DNA from: an uncultured Planctomycetota bacterium
Lineage (GTDB): Bacteria; Planctomycetota; Planctomycetia; Isosphaerales; Isosphaeraceae
Length of the DNA stretch: 64,000 nucleotides
Assembly: GCA_963845755.1 (NCBI GenBank)
Contig: CAWJTV010000020.1
Coordinates: 384,001-448,000 of the forward strand
Direction of reading: 5' to 3'
A program made the position numbers and the translations under genes. The notes beneath the pieces were generated by a model that was not told where the DNA came from, did not search any database, and saw nothing but the letters and a program-made list of their open reading frames with translations. This document shows, piece after piece, positions 1 through 10,194 of this stretch; within the stretch, counting starts at the first letter, position 1, and each line of letters starts with the position of its first letter.

Positions 1-187
1 ACAGAGTGTGCGCAACCCATCTGTTATGCGCTCAAGAGCGATAGACGAATGGACCTCGCCCGGATCGGGTAGACCTCGGGGCGACACGACCCCAGCCGGC
101 TTCCCCCGTGCGGCGGTCGAAGCGCCTCGGCGCAGTCGGACCGAAACACTCTGGTGATCCTTCGCACGCTTCCTGACGGGGTCCGTA

Positions 188-1003
188 TTACGGGTAGGAT
201 TCATACGGCCTGCGGTGCCGCGGCGGAGCCCAGCCGAGGTTGGACGGGCGCTCTCCCAGCGCACGCGCCCGGTACTGGTAAACAAACGCAAAGGCGATTC
301 CGGCCGCCGCACCGCCGATATGTGCCGCGTAGGCGACTCCGCCTTTCTGGCCGGCGGAGGACAGCTCCCCCATCCCGAGCACCAGTTGCATCACGATCCA
401 GAGGCCAATGACGATCAGGGCCGGCATCCAGGTGATCGTGCGCAAGGCCAGCACGCGCACCCGATTGTGGGGGAACCAGATGATGTACATGCCCATCACG
501 CCGGCAATCGCGCCCGAAGCCCCCAGCGTCGGGATCAACGAGTTTGGCGCCAGCGCGATATGTGAGAGGCTGGCCACCAAACCACATGTCAGGTACACTA
601 ACGCGTAGCGCACGTGGCCCAGCACCTCCTCGACGTTGTCGCCGAAGATCCACAAATAGAGCATGTTCCCCCCGAGGTGGGCGAGCCCTCCGTGCATGAA
701 GATGGAGGTCAACAGGGTGAACCAGACCGGGAACGGGATCGGCCCCTGGGGAATCACTTGCTCCTCGGGTCTCAGTTGAATTCGCCCGAGCGCATCCTGC
801 TCCGCCGACTCGTGAGTGACGACCACCGGGCGGGCGATGTCGCGGTTGTGCGTGATCTCGTACGGGGTCGCCGCATAGGCGATCGTGAAGGACTCGGGTT
901 GCGATTGCTGCACGAAAAAAACCAGGACGTTGAGCGCAATGATCGCGTAGTTGACGACCGGCACGATCTGCGTCGGGGACTCGTCACTGAGCGGCATGAC
1001 CAT
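188..1003 (-). CDS. Rhomboid family intramembrane serine protease
   Basis: FMHGGLAHLGGNMLYLWIFGDNVE, GASG catalytic motif and AHIGG. Start placed at ATG 1003 (MVMPLSD). Confidence 0.9.
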   Translation of the reverse strand: MVMPLSDESPTQIVPVVNYAIIALNVLVFFVQQSQPESFTIAYAATPYEITHNRDIARPVVVTHESAEQDALGRIQLRPEEQVIPQGPIPFPVWFTLLTSIFMHGGLAHLGGNMLYLWIFGDNVEEVLGHVRYALVYLTCGLVASLSHIALAPNSLIPTLGASGAIAGVMGMYIIWFPHNRVRVLALRTITWMPALIVIGLWIVMQLVLGMGELSSAGQKGGVAYAAHIGGAAAGIAFAFVYQYRARALGERPSNLGWAPPRHRRPYESYP

Positions 1004-1341
1004 GGTCTGAGTCTCACACGGGAGTTGTTCGCAACGATCGGTGAGTCGGCCACCGTGGCAGCGACGGGGATCGCCTTGCCCCGCCGGTGAGCATATCGGA
1101 TGTGTTGACCGGTGGCCAGAGAGTTGCAGTTCGTATCCCGCGTCCGACCGGCCGGACAACCGATGTCCGAGTTTCTCGCGTCCGCATCTCCCATGTTTAT
1201 TGATGCCGAGGGTGCGACGAATGTCGGGATAATGCGGGACGGGTCGTAAGGTAAAGTCGCTCGATAATGATAGGGTCCGCGGCCGGGCGATCGAGCGGCG
1301 GTGGTCTGGGCGGACCTCAGATGCACAGCGAGGGACGAGCC

Positions 1342-2133
1342 ATGTCATCGACATTGAAGCGGACGGGGGTCCTGGTGGGCTCCGCGGTAGTGCTGGTCGT
1401 GGCAGTCGCCGCGGGCCAGGACCAAAAGGGGGCGCCGGCGGACGGGCGACGGATCGTGAGCGTCTTCAACTCGGTCGAGGGCCGCACGACCATCGTCTCG
1501 AGCCAGCCTCACGGGGCGAGAGTTCAGAAGGGCGACGTGCTCTGCGAGCTGGATCCCGGCGATCTTCAGGACCGGCTGTCGATTCAGGAAATCGTCATCC
1601 AGGGTGCCGAGGTTGAGGCCCAGGCGGCAAAACTCATCCGCGAGGCGGCCGAACTGGCCCGGACCGAGTACATCGACGGCCTTTTTCGGAAGGATCTCGT
1701 CACGGTCGAGGGCGAGATCAAGCTGGCCGAGGTCAATCTGACCCAGGAAGAGGATGCCCTCGATTGGACCCGGCGCATGTACGAAAAGGGCTATGCGTCG
1801 ATGGCCGCGAAAATCGCCGTGGAACTGAAGTTCAAGCAAACCCAGTTTGCCCTCGAGCAGGCTCACAGCAAACTCAAGGTCCTGGTCGGATACACCAAGA
1901 CCAAGACGATCAAGGAGTTATCGGGAGCGATCGAGACAGCCCGGTCTCGCGAGCTGGCCAAGCAGGCGGCCCTCGAACGGGAGCGGTCGATGAAGAAGCG
2001 GCTGGGGGACCAGATTCGTCGTTGCAAGGTCGTGGCGCCGGTGAGCGGACTCCTCCATCACGTGACGCCGATCGGACCAGGAGCGGTCCTGCATGACGGT
2101 CAGATTCTCTTCCAGATCGATCCTCGAGGGTGA
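1342..2133 (+). CDS. HlyD/RND periplasmic adaptor-like protein
   Basis: Signal-like N-terminus, lipoyl-like halves (GARVQKGDVLCELD ... VVAPVSG) flanking a long coiled coil. Confidence 0.7.
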   Translation: MSSTLKRTGVLVGSAVVLVVAVAAGQDQKGAPADGRRIVSVFNSVEGRTTIVSSQPHGARVQKGDVLCELDPGDLQDRLSIQEIVIQGAEVEAQAAKLIREAAELARTEYIDGLFRKDLVTVEGEIKLAEVNLTQEEDALDWTRRMYEKGYASMAAKIAVELKFKQTQFALEQAHSKLKVLVGYTKTKTIKELSGAIETARSRELAKQAALERERSMKKRLGDQIRRCKVVAPVSGLLHHVTPIGPGAVLHDGQILFQIDPRG

Positions 2134-2194
2134 ATCCGTGAAGAAGGCGGAGTAACCAGCAACCCCATCGCTTTCGACCATTGGAGGCACTTCC

Positions 2195-3466
2195 ATGCGG
2201 ACGCTGTTAACGGGTTTCCTGGCGTGCGTGGTCTATACCCTGGCCTCGGCCTCGGTTGTCGGTCAACCCCCAGCTCCGCCTCCGCCGGAGGGGGAAGTAA
2301 ACCGAATCCGGACTCAGGAGGCGCTCGACCTCGCCCAGATCATGCAGCCGGTCGTCCTTTCATCTCTGGATGTTGACAAGGCAACCGCCGGCCTGTCGCC
2401 GGACAGTCATCCGGAACTCCTCACCTGGGAACGCGTCTACGCGCTGGCCCTGGTGTGCGCCCGAGGCGGCCATGGGCCGCATGCTGAGACTCTCGACCCG
2501 AAGGCCCTTGATGAACAGGCGACGCGGAATGGAGTCGCCGACTTTTCCAGGTTCCGCAAGGAGTTCCTCACGCCCAGTGCCGGTGAGGCGTTTCGCGACC
2601 CGAGCGGCGACTACCTCGAGCTCCTTGGCCGGCTCCAGAAGGTCGACCACGCGCGGCGCAACGTCGCATTTTATGAGAACATGTTGAAATTAATACAGGA
2701 ACTGATTCAAGGCGAGTCCGGGGGCCTGAGTCAGCTCCAACTTGACCTGGTGAACGCCTCGTTGGTCCAGGCTCGCCAGGGCCTGTCGGATGAGGTTGCC
2801 GACTTCCGCGATCAGCTCGAGGCGCTGAAGGTCTCGCTGGGTCTCTCGCCACACGCCCCGGTCATCCTGGACCGGCAGAGTGTCGCGGCCTTCCCGAGGG
2901 TGTCGGAGCAGGTCCAAGGCTGGCAAAGTCGAGCCGATCGTAGTCTCCGCGAACTTTCCCAGCTCATCGAGAGACTGCCGGCCCTGCGTGAGGTCACGGT
3001 CGGCGGCCGCCCCATCCTCGCGCTGATGGGAGGGAATCCGGATCAGCAGGAGGAGGTACTGACCCGTGCGGCTCGGTTCGCGATCCAGAATCGGAGCGAC
3101 ATCGACAAAGGCGCGGCTTCCGGAGATGCCGCCGCCACGCTCGAGCTGAACGTCCGACGACGGATCCGTCGGCTGTTCGAGATGCGACGCGCCTATGAGG
3201 GGCAGCAGCGAGGCTTCGAGCTGGCCATCCGGTTGCTGGATCAGGCGTTCGAGCAAGTCGTCGCCCCGTCCGCGGCCATCGTAGCGTCGCGCGGGGTGGC
3301 GCTCACCGGAATCCTCGCGCCGGAAAATCAGAGACGCCAAGCCGAGGACCGGCTCGTCAACTTCTGGGTTTCCTTCCAGACGGAGCGGCTGGCCCTCTAT
3401 CGGGAGCTCGGAATCCTCCCCTACGACGATTGGAACGCCTTCTTCAAAGACCTCTCGGCCCGATGA
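2195..3466 (+). CDS. Exported helical protein, distant TolC-like (paralog 1)
   Basis: Signal peptide and helical repeats. C-terminal RLALYRELGILPYDDW. Follows the HlyD-like gene. Confidence 0.5.
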   Translation: MRTLLTGFLACVVYTLASASVVGQPPAPPPPEGEVNRIRTQEALDLAQIMQPVVLSSLDVDKATAGLSPDSHPELLTWERVYALALVCARGGHGPHAETLDPKALDEQATRNGVADFSRFRKEFLTPSAGEAFRDPSGDYLELLGRLQKVDHARRNVAFYENMLKLIQELIQGESGGLSQLQLDLVNASLVQARQGLSDEVADFRDQLEALKVSLGLSPHAPVILDRQSVAAFPRVSEQVQGWQSRADRSLRELSQLIERLPALREVTVGGRPILALMGGNPDQQEEVLTRAARFAIQNRSDIDKGAASGDAAATLELNVRRRIRRLFEMRRAYEGQQRGFELAIRLLDQAFEQVVAPSAAIVASRGVALTGILAPENQRRQAEDRLVNFWVSFQTERLALYRELGILPYDDWNAFFKDLSAR

Positions 3467-3550
3467 GCCATCGGTGGCGGCTTGCGTGTCGTCAAGGGCG
3501 ATGGTGGAATAACCGACAGCCAATTCCTTCTCGGTCTTGGAGGCATTCCC

Positions 3551-4843
3551 ATGCGGATGATCTCGATGCGATTCCTGGCCTGCGCCGTCTGTGTGTTGGC
3601 CCCGGTCTCGGTTCTCGCCCAACTCCAACCTCCCCCTCAACAGGAGGAGGAAAGGGACCAATCCTTCACGGCGCATGGCCTCGCGAAGGTGATAGAGCCA
3701 CGCATCCCTTCGTCTCTGGATGCAGTCCTTGACAAGGAGGTCGCCGGCCTGGCCGCGGGCCGTCATCCGGAGGTCCTGACCTGGGAACGCGTCTACGCCC
3801 TGGCCCTGGTCCGCGCCCGTGGCGGCGCTCGGCCGCGTACCGAGAGTCTCGACCCGAAGGCCCTTGCGGAACAGGCCGCGCGGTATGGGGTTGCCGACTT
3901 CGCCCGGTTCCGCAAGGAGTTCCTCGCCGCCGGTAGCCGTGACCATGACGGTCTCCGGGACCCGAGCGACGACCTCCTCGCGCTCCTGGGCAGGCTCAAG
4001 GGGATCGACCACACGAGACAGAATGTTACATTTTATGAGAATATCTTCAGATTAATGTCGGAGCTCGCTAAAGGTGAGTCTTCGGGAGTGACCCAGCTCA
4101 ATCTTGACCAGGTCGAGGACGTCAAGGTCAAGGCCCGCCAGAACCTGGACCACCAGATCGCCGAATACCGCAATCGTCTCGATCGGTTCAAGGTCGCGCT
4201 CGGCCTGTCTGTTCGCGCGCCGGTGGTGTTGGACCGGGAGAGTGTGGCGTCATTCGGGAGGGCGTTTGATCAGGCCCGGGACTGGCAAATGCGACCCGAC
4301 CGTACTCTCCGCGAACTTCCCCAGATCATCAAGAGACTGCCGGCCCTGGGTGAGGTCACGGTCGACGGCCGCCCCATCCTCACGCTGATGGGAGGGAATC
4401 CAGATCAGCAGGAAGAGGTACTGACCCGTGCGGCGCGTCTCGCGATCCAGAACCGGAGCGATCTCGACAAGGGCGGTGCTCCCGGAGATGCCGCCGCCGC
4501 CGCACTCGAGGTGAACGTCCGGCGCCGGATCCGTCGGTTGTTCGAGCTGCGCCGCGATTATGAGGCGCAGCAGCGACGCTACGAGCTGTCCATCCGGCTG
4601 CTGGATCAGGGGCTTGAGCAAATCTTCGCTCAGTCCAAGATCAGCGCACTCGCGATCTCGGCCAGGGTCGCCAGTGGCATCACCGGTCTCCTCGCGCCGG
4701 AGAATCAGCGGCTCAACGCGGAGGGCCAGCTCACCACCCTCTGGACTTCATTCCAGATGGAGCGGCTGGCCTTATACCGGGAGCTCGGAAGCCTCCCCTA
4801 CGACGATTGGAACTCCTTCTACAAAGATCTCTCGGCCCGATGA
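3551..4843 (+). CDS. Exported helical protein, distant TolC-like (paralog 2)
   Basis: Clear paralog of 2195..3466 (shared LTWERVYALALV, GGNPDQQEEVLTRAAR, PYDDWN..KDLSAR). RBS GGAGG before ATG 3551. Confidence 0.5.
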   Translation: MRMISMRFLACAVCVLAPVSVLAQLQPPPQQEEERDQSFTAHGLAKVIEPRIPSSLDAVLDKEVAGLAAGRHPEVLTWERVYALALVRARGGARPRTESLDPKALAEQAARYGVADFARFRKEFLAAGSRDHDGLRDPSDDLLALLGRLKGIDHTRQNVTFYENIFRLMSELAKGESSGVTQLNLDQVEDVKVKARQNLDHQIAEYRNRLDRFKVALGLSVRAPVVLDRESVASFGRAFDQARDWQMRPDRTLRELPQIIKRLPALGEVTVDGRPILTLMGGNPDQQEEVLTRAARLAIQNRSDLDKGGAPGDAAAAALEVNVRRRIRRLFELRRDYEAQQRRYELSIRLLDQGLEQIFAQSKISALAISARVASGITGLLAPENQRLNAEGQLTTLWTSFQMERLALYRELGSLPYDDWNSFYKDLSAR

Positions 4844-5055
4844 GGCACCGAGGTCGGCTCGCTCGTCGTCAAGGTCGCCCAGGTCCGAGGATTCGGCACG
4901 ACCAGCTCCAGTGGTCGCTCGTTCCGGTTTTCCGGGAGTTCGGCTGATCCCAGGCCCTGTCCGAGCCGAACAATGATGTCTGCCTACTCGGCGCGGCGGT
5001 CCATGCCGACGGTCGGGATTCCCAGAACGGAACCGGAGAGACAAGGAGGTAGCCG

Positions 5056-5355
5056 ATGAGCCCCGATACCCAGACGACCTCGTCCGATCTCGTGCGCTGG
5101 ACGTTCACGATCAACCCGGACCACCGAACCGAGATCGAGAACCATCTGATTGACCTCGGCGCCGATGTCCTCGTCCGGGAGGGGAGCGAGTTCCTCGTGA
5201 CCTGGGATGAGCCCAATGAAGATCTGGCCGAGGTGGTCGAAGCCATCTGGTCCCTCAATGGCGAGCCGTTCGACGTGATCCAGGAAGAGTTCCAGCGGCT
5301 GGGTCTCCATACGCTCCATTTCTCCGAGGATGAGCCGGCCCAGGAAGCGGCGTGA
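5056..5355 (+). CDS. Small acidic hypothetical protein
   Basis: Strong RBS AAGGAGGT; 99-aa ORF with protein-like composition. Confidence 0.65.
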   Translation: MSPDTQTTSSDLVRWTFTINPDHRTEIENHLIDLGADVLVREGSEFLVTWDEPNEDLAEVVEAIWSLNGEPFDVIQEEFQRLGLHTLHFSEDEPAQEAA

Positions 5356-5371
5356 ATGGGGCTGAGCCGCG

Positions 5372-6242
5372 TCAGGAGAGCGGAATTTCCCGCGCGCGCC
5401 GCCCGGCCTGGTCGCGGAGCCAGCCATACCAGGCATCCAGGTGATCGCCGCGCGTTGCCGAGACTTGCAGGATCTGGATCTTGGGATTGACCTGCCTCGC
5501 ATATCCGATGCAGCGCTCCACGTCGAACTTGGACATACGGGAGCAGGTCGATCTTGTTCAGGATCATGAGTTCGCTTGCTCGGAACATGTGCGGATACTT
5601 GATCGGTTTGTCATCCCCCTCGGTGACGGAGACGATCACCACCTTCGCCCACTCGCCGAGGTCGAAGAGTGCCGGGCAGACCAGGTTGCCGACGTTCTCG
5701 ATCATCACCACCGAGCCTTGCGGCGGGTTGAGTTGTGGCAAGGCGCGGCCGATCATCGAGGCGTCGAGGTGGCAGGCCGTCCCTGTATTGATCTGGACGA
5801 CCGGGCAGCCGGTGGCTTGAATCCGCTGTGCATCGTGGAGCGTTTGCTGATCGCCTTCGATGACGGAGATCGGTATCTCCCCGCCCAGGTCGGTGATGGT
5901 GCGTTCCAGCAATGTCGTCTTGCCCGCCCCGGGTGAACTCACAAGGTTAAGGGCCAGGATGTCCCGGCCAGCCAGCCAGCCCCGGACCCGCTCCGCAAGC
6001 TGGTTGTTCCGGGACAAGACCTCCTGCTCGAGCGAGATGACGGTGCCGTGCTGATGAGAATGCGTGTGATCCTCGACATGGTCATGATCGTGGTCGTGGT
6101 GATGGTGATGGTGGTGCCCCTCGTGCCCATGATCGTGGGGATGTGAGTGATGATGGACGGGATTCAAGATGAGGGTTTCCCCGCTTTGCAGGTTGGTGAG
6201 TTTGGTCTCGGACTCGTCCGAGCAGCCGCAGGTTGCGCACAT
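5372..6242 (-). CDS. hypB: Hydrogenase nickel incorporation GTPase HypB (frameshift near 5530)
   Basis: MCATCGC N-terminus, His-rich linker, [29 protein letters not shown]-terminus continues in another frame to TGA at 5372. Confidence 0.92.
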
Positions 6243-6572
6243 TCAGGTCACCTCCATTTCCTTGATCTTGATCTCGCCACCAGCCAGCCATTGCAGGTCG
6301 CAGCTCCCACAGGAGCACATCCCGAAGGGTTGTTCGAGCGCGACCTCCGCGCCACACTCCCGACACTGAGCCCGGCCCGGGATCTCGCGGATCTCCAGTC
6401 GGGCACCCTCGACCGCCGTCCCCTCGCTGCACAGGTCGAAGCAGAACCGGATCGAGTCGGGTAGGATCAAGGCGTGCTGGCCGATCTCCAGCACCACGCG
6501 CGTGACCCGGGACTTCCCGGCGCGCTCGGCGACGATCTCAATGATCTCCTGAGCGATCCCCAGCTCGTGCAT
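6243..6572 (-). CDS. hypA: Hydrogenase maturation metallochaperone HypA
   Basis: MHELGIA start, CxxC ... CxCG zinc site. Confidence 0.93.
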   Translation of the reverse strand: MHELGIAQEIIEIVAERAGKSRVTRVVLEIGQHALILPDSIRFCFDLCSEGTAVEGARLEIREIPGRAQCRECGAEVALEQPFGMCSCGSCDLQWLAGGEIKIKEMEVT

Positions 6573-6593
6573 GATCACCTTACACTCGATGGC

Positions 6594-6714
6594 TTACATG
6601 TTCTTCACCCTGAGATACCGGCCCGTGTCCGGTATGAACAGAACAACCCCGACCAGGCCCATGACGAGCAGAGTCAAGAGTCCGATGAAGAATCCCGCGA
6701 TGTCGCTCGAACAT
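6594..6714 (-). CDS. Small membrane protein of group 1h hydrogenase clusters (DUF6893-like; one extra base after ATG)
   Basis: RBS AGGAGGA then ATG. Removing one T gives MSSDIAGFFIGLLTLLVMGLVGVVLFIPDTGRYLRVKNM*, with a PDxxRYLR..M tail. Absent from the ORF track. Confidence 0.6.
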
Positions 6715-6833
6715 GTCAGATCCTCCTAACCAGGCTATTCATTCGCTCGCGCCGGCTGTCAGGGCGGCCCAGGATTGCATTGGGTACGCCCCAGGGCCGA
6801 TGCGAGTGCACCCCCTGGCCCTTCTCAAGGGGG

Positions 6834-7406
6834 TCAGGAGGGTTCCCCATGCGTATTCAACACAACCGTGAAACGCTCTCGAGGCATCGTGCTCCGTTTG
6901 TGGGTCTCCGCGAGAAGGTTAGCGACGAGCGAATCGATGAGTGGGAGGGCCTCGTCCACGGCCCCCTCCACAGCGGCGCTCATTCCCATGACTGGGTCCT
7001 CGTCGGTGCCGAGCGTCTCGGGCTCACAGCCGACGAGGAGCACGCGCATGGGCTGGCCATTCAAGGCCCTCGCCAGGCGAAGGACCTTCACCGGATCCAT
7101 CCCGTGCGTCTGGATCAGCAGGTCGGCATCCTCGGGCCCGTTGGCGTCGCGAGAGTCCGGTTCGATCACGTAGAGCGTACCCGGTGTGCCGCCTCGCGGT
7201 GTCGCGTCCACAAGGATGGTCGCGTCGTAACCGTCGAGCAGCGCATAGGTGAGGTCAAAGCCCCTGATGCCGAAATCCACCACGCGTACTCCATCGGGAA
7301 GAGGGTGGGTACGGCTCGCCAGCCGTCGCGCCACCTCCGAGCCGAACGCGTCGTCTCCGAAGAAGATGTTCCCGATCCCGGCGATCAGGATCCTTGGTAT
7401 CGTCAT
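6834..7406 (-). CDS. Hydrogenase maturation endopeptidase
   Basis: ILIAGIGNIFFGDDAFG, VDFGIRG, LVDA, THGMDP. Confidence 0.9.
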   Translation of the reverse strand: MTIPRILIAGIGNIFFGDDAFGSEVARRLASRTHPLPDGVRVVDFGIRGFDLTYALLDGYDATILVDATPRGGTPGTLYVIEPDSRDANGPEDADLLIQTHGMDPVKVLRLARALNGQPMRVLLVGCEPETLGTDEDPVMGMSAAVEGAVDEALPLIDSLVANLLAETHKRSTMPRERFTVVLNTHGEPS

Positions 7407-7717
7407 GGGTTGCCTCGTTCCTCGCATTCGATCGGCTCGAGTTCCTCGGGCCGGAAGAAGAACCGGTGGCCGGGTTTTCCCTCCGCGCCCAGGTCCTGAC
7501 CGGGATCCTCATCCACCGTGACGGCCACATGGACGCGATCCTCCAGGTCCTGCTCGATCGCGGCGATGGTGGCATCCTTCCCCTTCAGCGCCAGGTCGAA
7601 GATGTCGGCCGCGCCCAGTGGCCAGATCCGCACCCGGTCGCCGAGCTTGAACTCGACTCCGGCGACGCGAATGTGATCGATCCTCGGCGGTTCTTCCCAG
7701 GGCTCGCGGTCGTTCAT
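7403..7717 (-). CDS. Conserved hypothetical protein of the hydrogenase cluster
   Basis: GDRVRI..ADIFDLALKGK..IEQD..GHRFFFRPEELEP. Stop overlaps the protease start. Confidence 0.7.
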   Translation of the reverse strand: MNDREPWEEPPRIDHIRVAGVEFKLGDRVRIWPLGAADIFDLALKGKDATIAAIEQDLEDRVHVAVTVDEDPGQDLGAEGKPGHRFFFRPEELEPIECEERGNP

Positions 7718-7764
7718 GGGTTTGCTCGCTTCATACCTGTCATGTTGTGGAGAGAGTCCAGTCG

Positions 7765-7892
7765 CGGATTCGAGATTCCGGATTCGAGATTCCGGATTCG
7801 AGGGCTAATGTTCAATATTTAATAATCTTATTATCATATTATTATTTGTTAAATTACTTGAATATAATCGCGATTGTGAATCTCGAATCCGG
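7765..7892. repeat. Heptamer-repeat-flanked palindromic element with AT-rich core
   Basis: Tandem GATTCGA/GATTCCG units at 7767-7801, inverted copy AATCTCGAATCCGG near 7879-7892, AT-rich imperfect palindrome between them. Confidence 0.7.
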
Positions 7893-7901
7893 GATCGGCA
7901 A

Positions 7902-8911
7902 TCAGAGCGGCCGAAGGCCGCGGATGGTGCCATGGAGTCCCATGAGCTGTTCGCGCGCGATCGATTCCGTGCGTTCCAGGAGCGCTCGGGCTCGCTCGTC
8001 AACGTTTACCATCGCCCGCTTCTCGTCGTCGGTCAGAGTGAGGATTCGGAGGGTCAGGATCTCGTCGATCTCGGTGGAGTCGAACAGGTCTCCTGGGCTC
8101 TCCGGGGCGATCTGGGGATAGTCGTAGAGAATGTTCGGCGCCGAGAGCATGGTGTCCCGCGCCTCCCGATTCGCCGACCAGGACCGGCCAGGTCCCCAGG
8201 TTACAACAGGCTGCCGCGATCTCTCGCCAGGGCTCGGGTGGATCGATCGACGAGACGAAATCGCCGCCACGCGCACCGAGGATCGCGTGCGTGGAAACCA
8301 GCGAACGCAATAGGGACTCGTCGCGGCTCGACGGCGTGGATGTCTCGAATGGCGTGGTGTTCTCGATCCGCACTCGTACCTGGTAGAGTCCCTCCGCGAC
8401 GAGTTCGGCTGAGAGCTCCACAGACCCGGAGATCGACGCCTGCTCGCGGATCACGGTTCCCTCGAACGGGCCATGAGGACCGCGCAAGTGCTCCTCCTCG
8501 CGCCGTGAGGGGAAATGGAACGCGCGCGTTTGCGGCCGGGCGATGAGCGCTGCCAGATCGTGCGAGCCGACATCGATGTCACGCTCGACGGCTTCTTGCC
8601 AGTCGGACGGGAGCGCGAAATCAGGCTCGACAGCCGGGGCATGGGCTGGTCTCTCGACCCGGCGCAATTGAAGGTGGAGGAATCGGATCCGTACGCTCAC
8701 ACTCGCCGTTTCGCCGTTCGCGCACCTCCAGCAGGCATTCTGTTCGCGACATCCAGGGATCGGTCCCGTCCTGGGCCTCGCTGTATGACCGGGGATACAA
8801 CCCGCCGAACGTCCAGCGCTGGCGATTCTTCACGGACGGCCGATAGGGATAAAGGAGGTAGCCCTCGTAGAGGACGGCATGTGCGATCTGATCCACGAGC
8901 GCGGCGTTCAT
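7902..8911 (-). CDS. Conserved hypothetical protein of group 1h hydrogenase clusters (frameshifted)
   Basis: AVLYEGYLLYPYR..NRQRWTFG N-terminus; RFLHL middle; ILYDYPQIAPESPGDLFDSTEIDEILTLR C-terminus. Spread over three frames. Confidence 0.75.
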
Positions 8912-9560
8912 CGCGTCACCGCCTTCCCGGCTTGCGAGAGGAGACATTCCAGGGCTTGCTCCCAGGTCGGCAGTCCCCGGCGCATCTTGAACGCGTGGAG
9001 TTCATCAAACACATCTTTTCGCAAGCAGAGCCAGGCCGTGTTGGGGTAGTAGAGATCCATCATCTCGCGCAGATTCGGACAGGCAGCCGGAACTCGGCCT
9101 CTTTCTCCCAGGAGATGGGGGCGGCTTGCAAGGCGCTGTCGTCCGTCGCGTGGAAGATGGTTCCGCTGAACAGGAGCTGGAGCGGGACCTCGCCATTCTC
9201 GAGCGCCGCGAAGTACTTGGTCGCGGCCACGTTGAAGTCGAACGTGCAGGGAATGGGCAGGTCGACAACGGTGTGGCCGGTGAATGACGGGACGACGAGG
9301 CTCGCGTGGGTCCAGAGGAGCCCGCGCAACGTCTGGCCCCAGCGCGCCGGCTCGCCGAACAGGTCGAGTAGTCCCCTCTGCTCGGCTGCGTCGTACCGAC
9401 GTCGGGTGGGCTCGATCCGGATCTGGCACCGCAGCGCGACAGCCGGGATCGGCAGAGGCCGCGGATCGGAGTCGCTGATCCGGAGCTGGAACACCAGATG
9501 GGGCGACGCGGCCATCGGCATCGGAGCGGCCCCGGCCACGTCAAAGGTCAGTTCCGGCAT
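8908..9560 (-). CDS. DUF6084-like protein (frameshift near 9075)
   Basis: MPELTF, LRCQIRIEP.RRRY, LFGEP.RWG.TL, CTFDFNVAATKYF, MMDLYYPN.AWLCL. Confidence 0.75.
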
Positions 9561-10194
9561 TCGGGGGCCCTCCACCAGGTCGCACGCGGTCGCGCAACTC
9601 ATCGAAGAAGCGCTTGATGCCGTCCCAGACTTCCGACCCGCCGGAGAGGCCCCGCCACTGGCTACGGAGCAGGCCGACGAGCTTGTAGCATTCATCGATC
9701 GGGACGCGGAAATAGTCGCGCGCCTGGCCCACGCGGTTGACCAGCAGGGCCTCCACATCTCCCTCCAGGTCGCGGAGGACCGGGTTCTCGGCCTCCAACT
9801 CTTGCCAGGCCTCCAGCGACAGGAGCGATTCCATCGCCCCCGCCGGGCTCGGGTAGAACGCCAGGACCCGGCCCGCCGGCGTGCTCCGGAAGAAGAACGC
9901 CAGGCCGATCGGCAGGTGAAGGCTCTCCCACTGAGCGTCGGTGATCTGGAAGTCGCCCAATGCCTCGACGCGACGCGGCACCCTGCGGAACCGGGCACCC
10001 TCGCGGTTGCTGAATAAGATTGCGCAAGCCGAACAGGCACAATGCAATTGGCGGCTGGCCGGCTCGACCAGGTGCTCGTGCTCGTGAGCCAGCGCGGCGC
10101 CGCAGAGCTCGCAGCGCTGCTCGGGCGGCCGCGGCCGTGCGAATCGGCGGAGCGCCATCAACGGGTTAACGGGCGTGGAGGTGATTGGCGTCAT
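9541..10194 (-). CDS. DUF5947-like protein
   Basis: CELC..HEHL..CAC..C, LPIGLAFF, FYPSPAGA.ES, VPIDECY.LVG. Confidence 0.78.
   Translation of the reverse strand: MTPITSTPVNPLMALRRFARPRPPEQRCELCGAALAHEHEHLVEPASRQLHCACSACAILFSNREGARFRRVPRRVEALGDFQITDAQWESLHLPIGLAFFFRSTPAGRVLAFYPSPAGAMESLLSLEAWQELEAENPVLRDLEGDVEALLVNRVGQARDYFRVPIDECYKLVGLLRSQWRGLSGGSEVWDGIKRFFDELRDRVRPGGGPPNAGTDL

Noticed and set aside
4869..6242. 457-aa HypB fusion in the ORF track
   Set aside because: The extension is read-through after a frameshift and is antisense to the real gene at 5056..5355.
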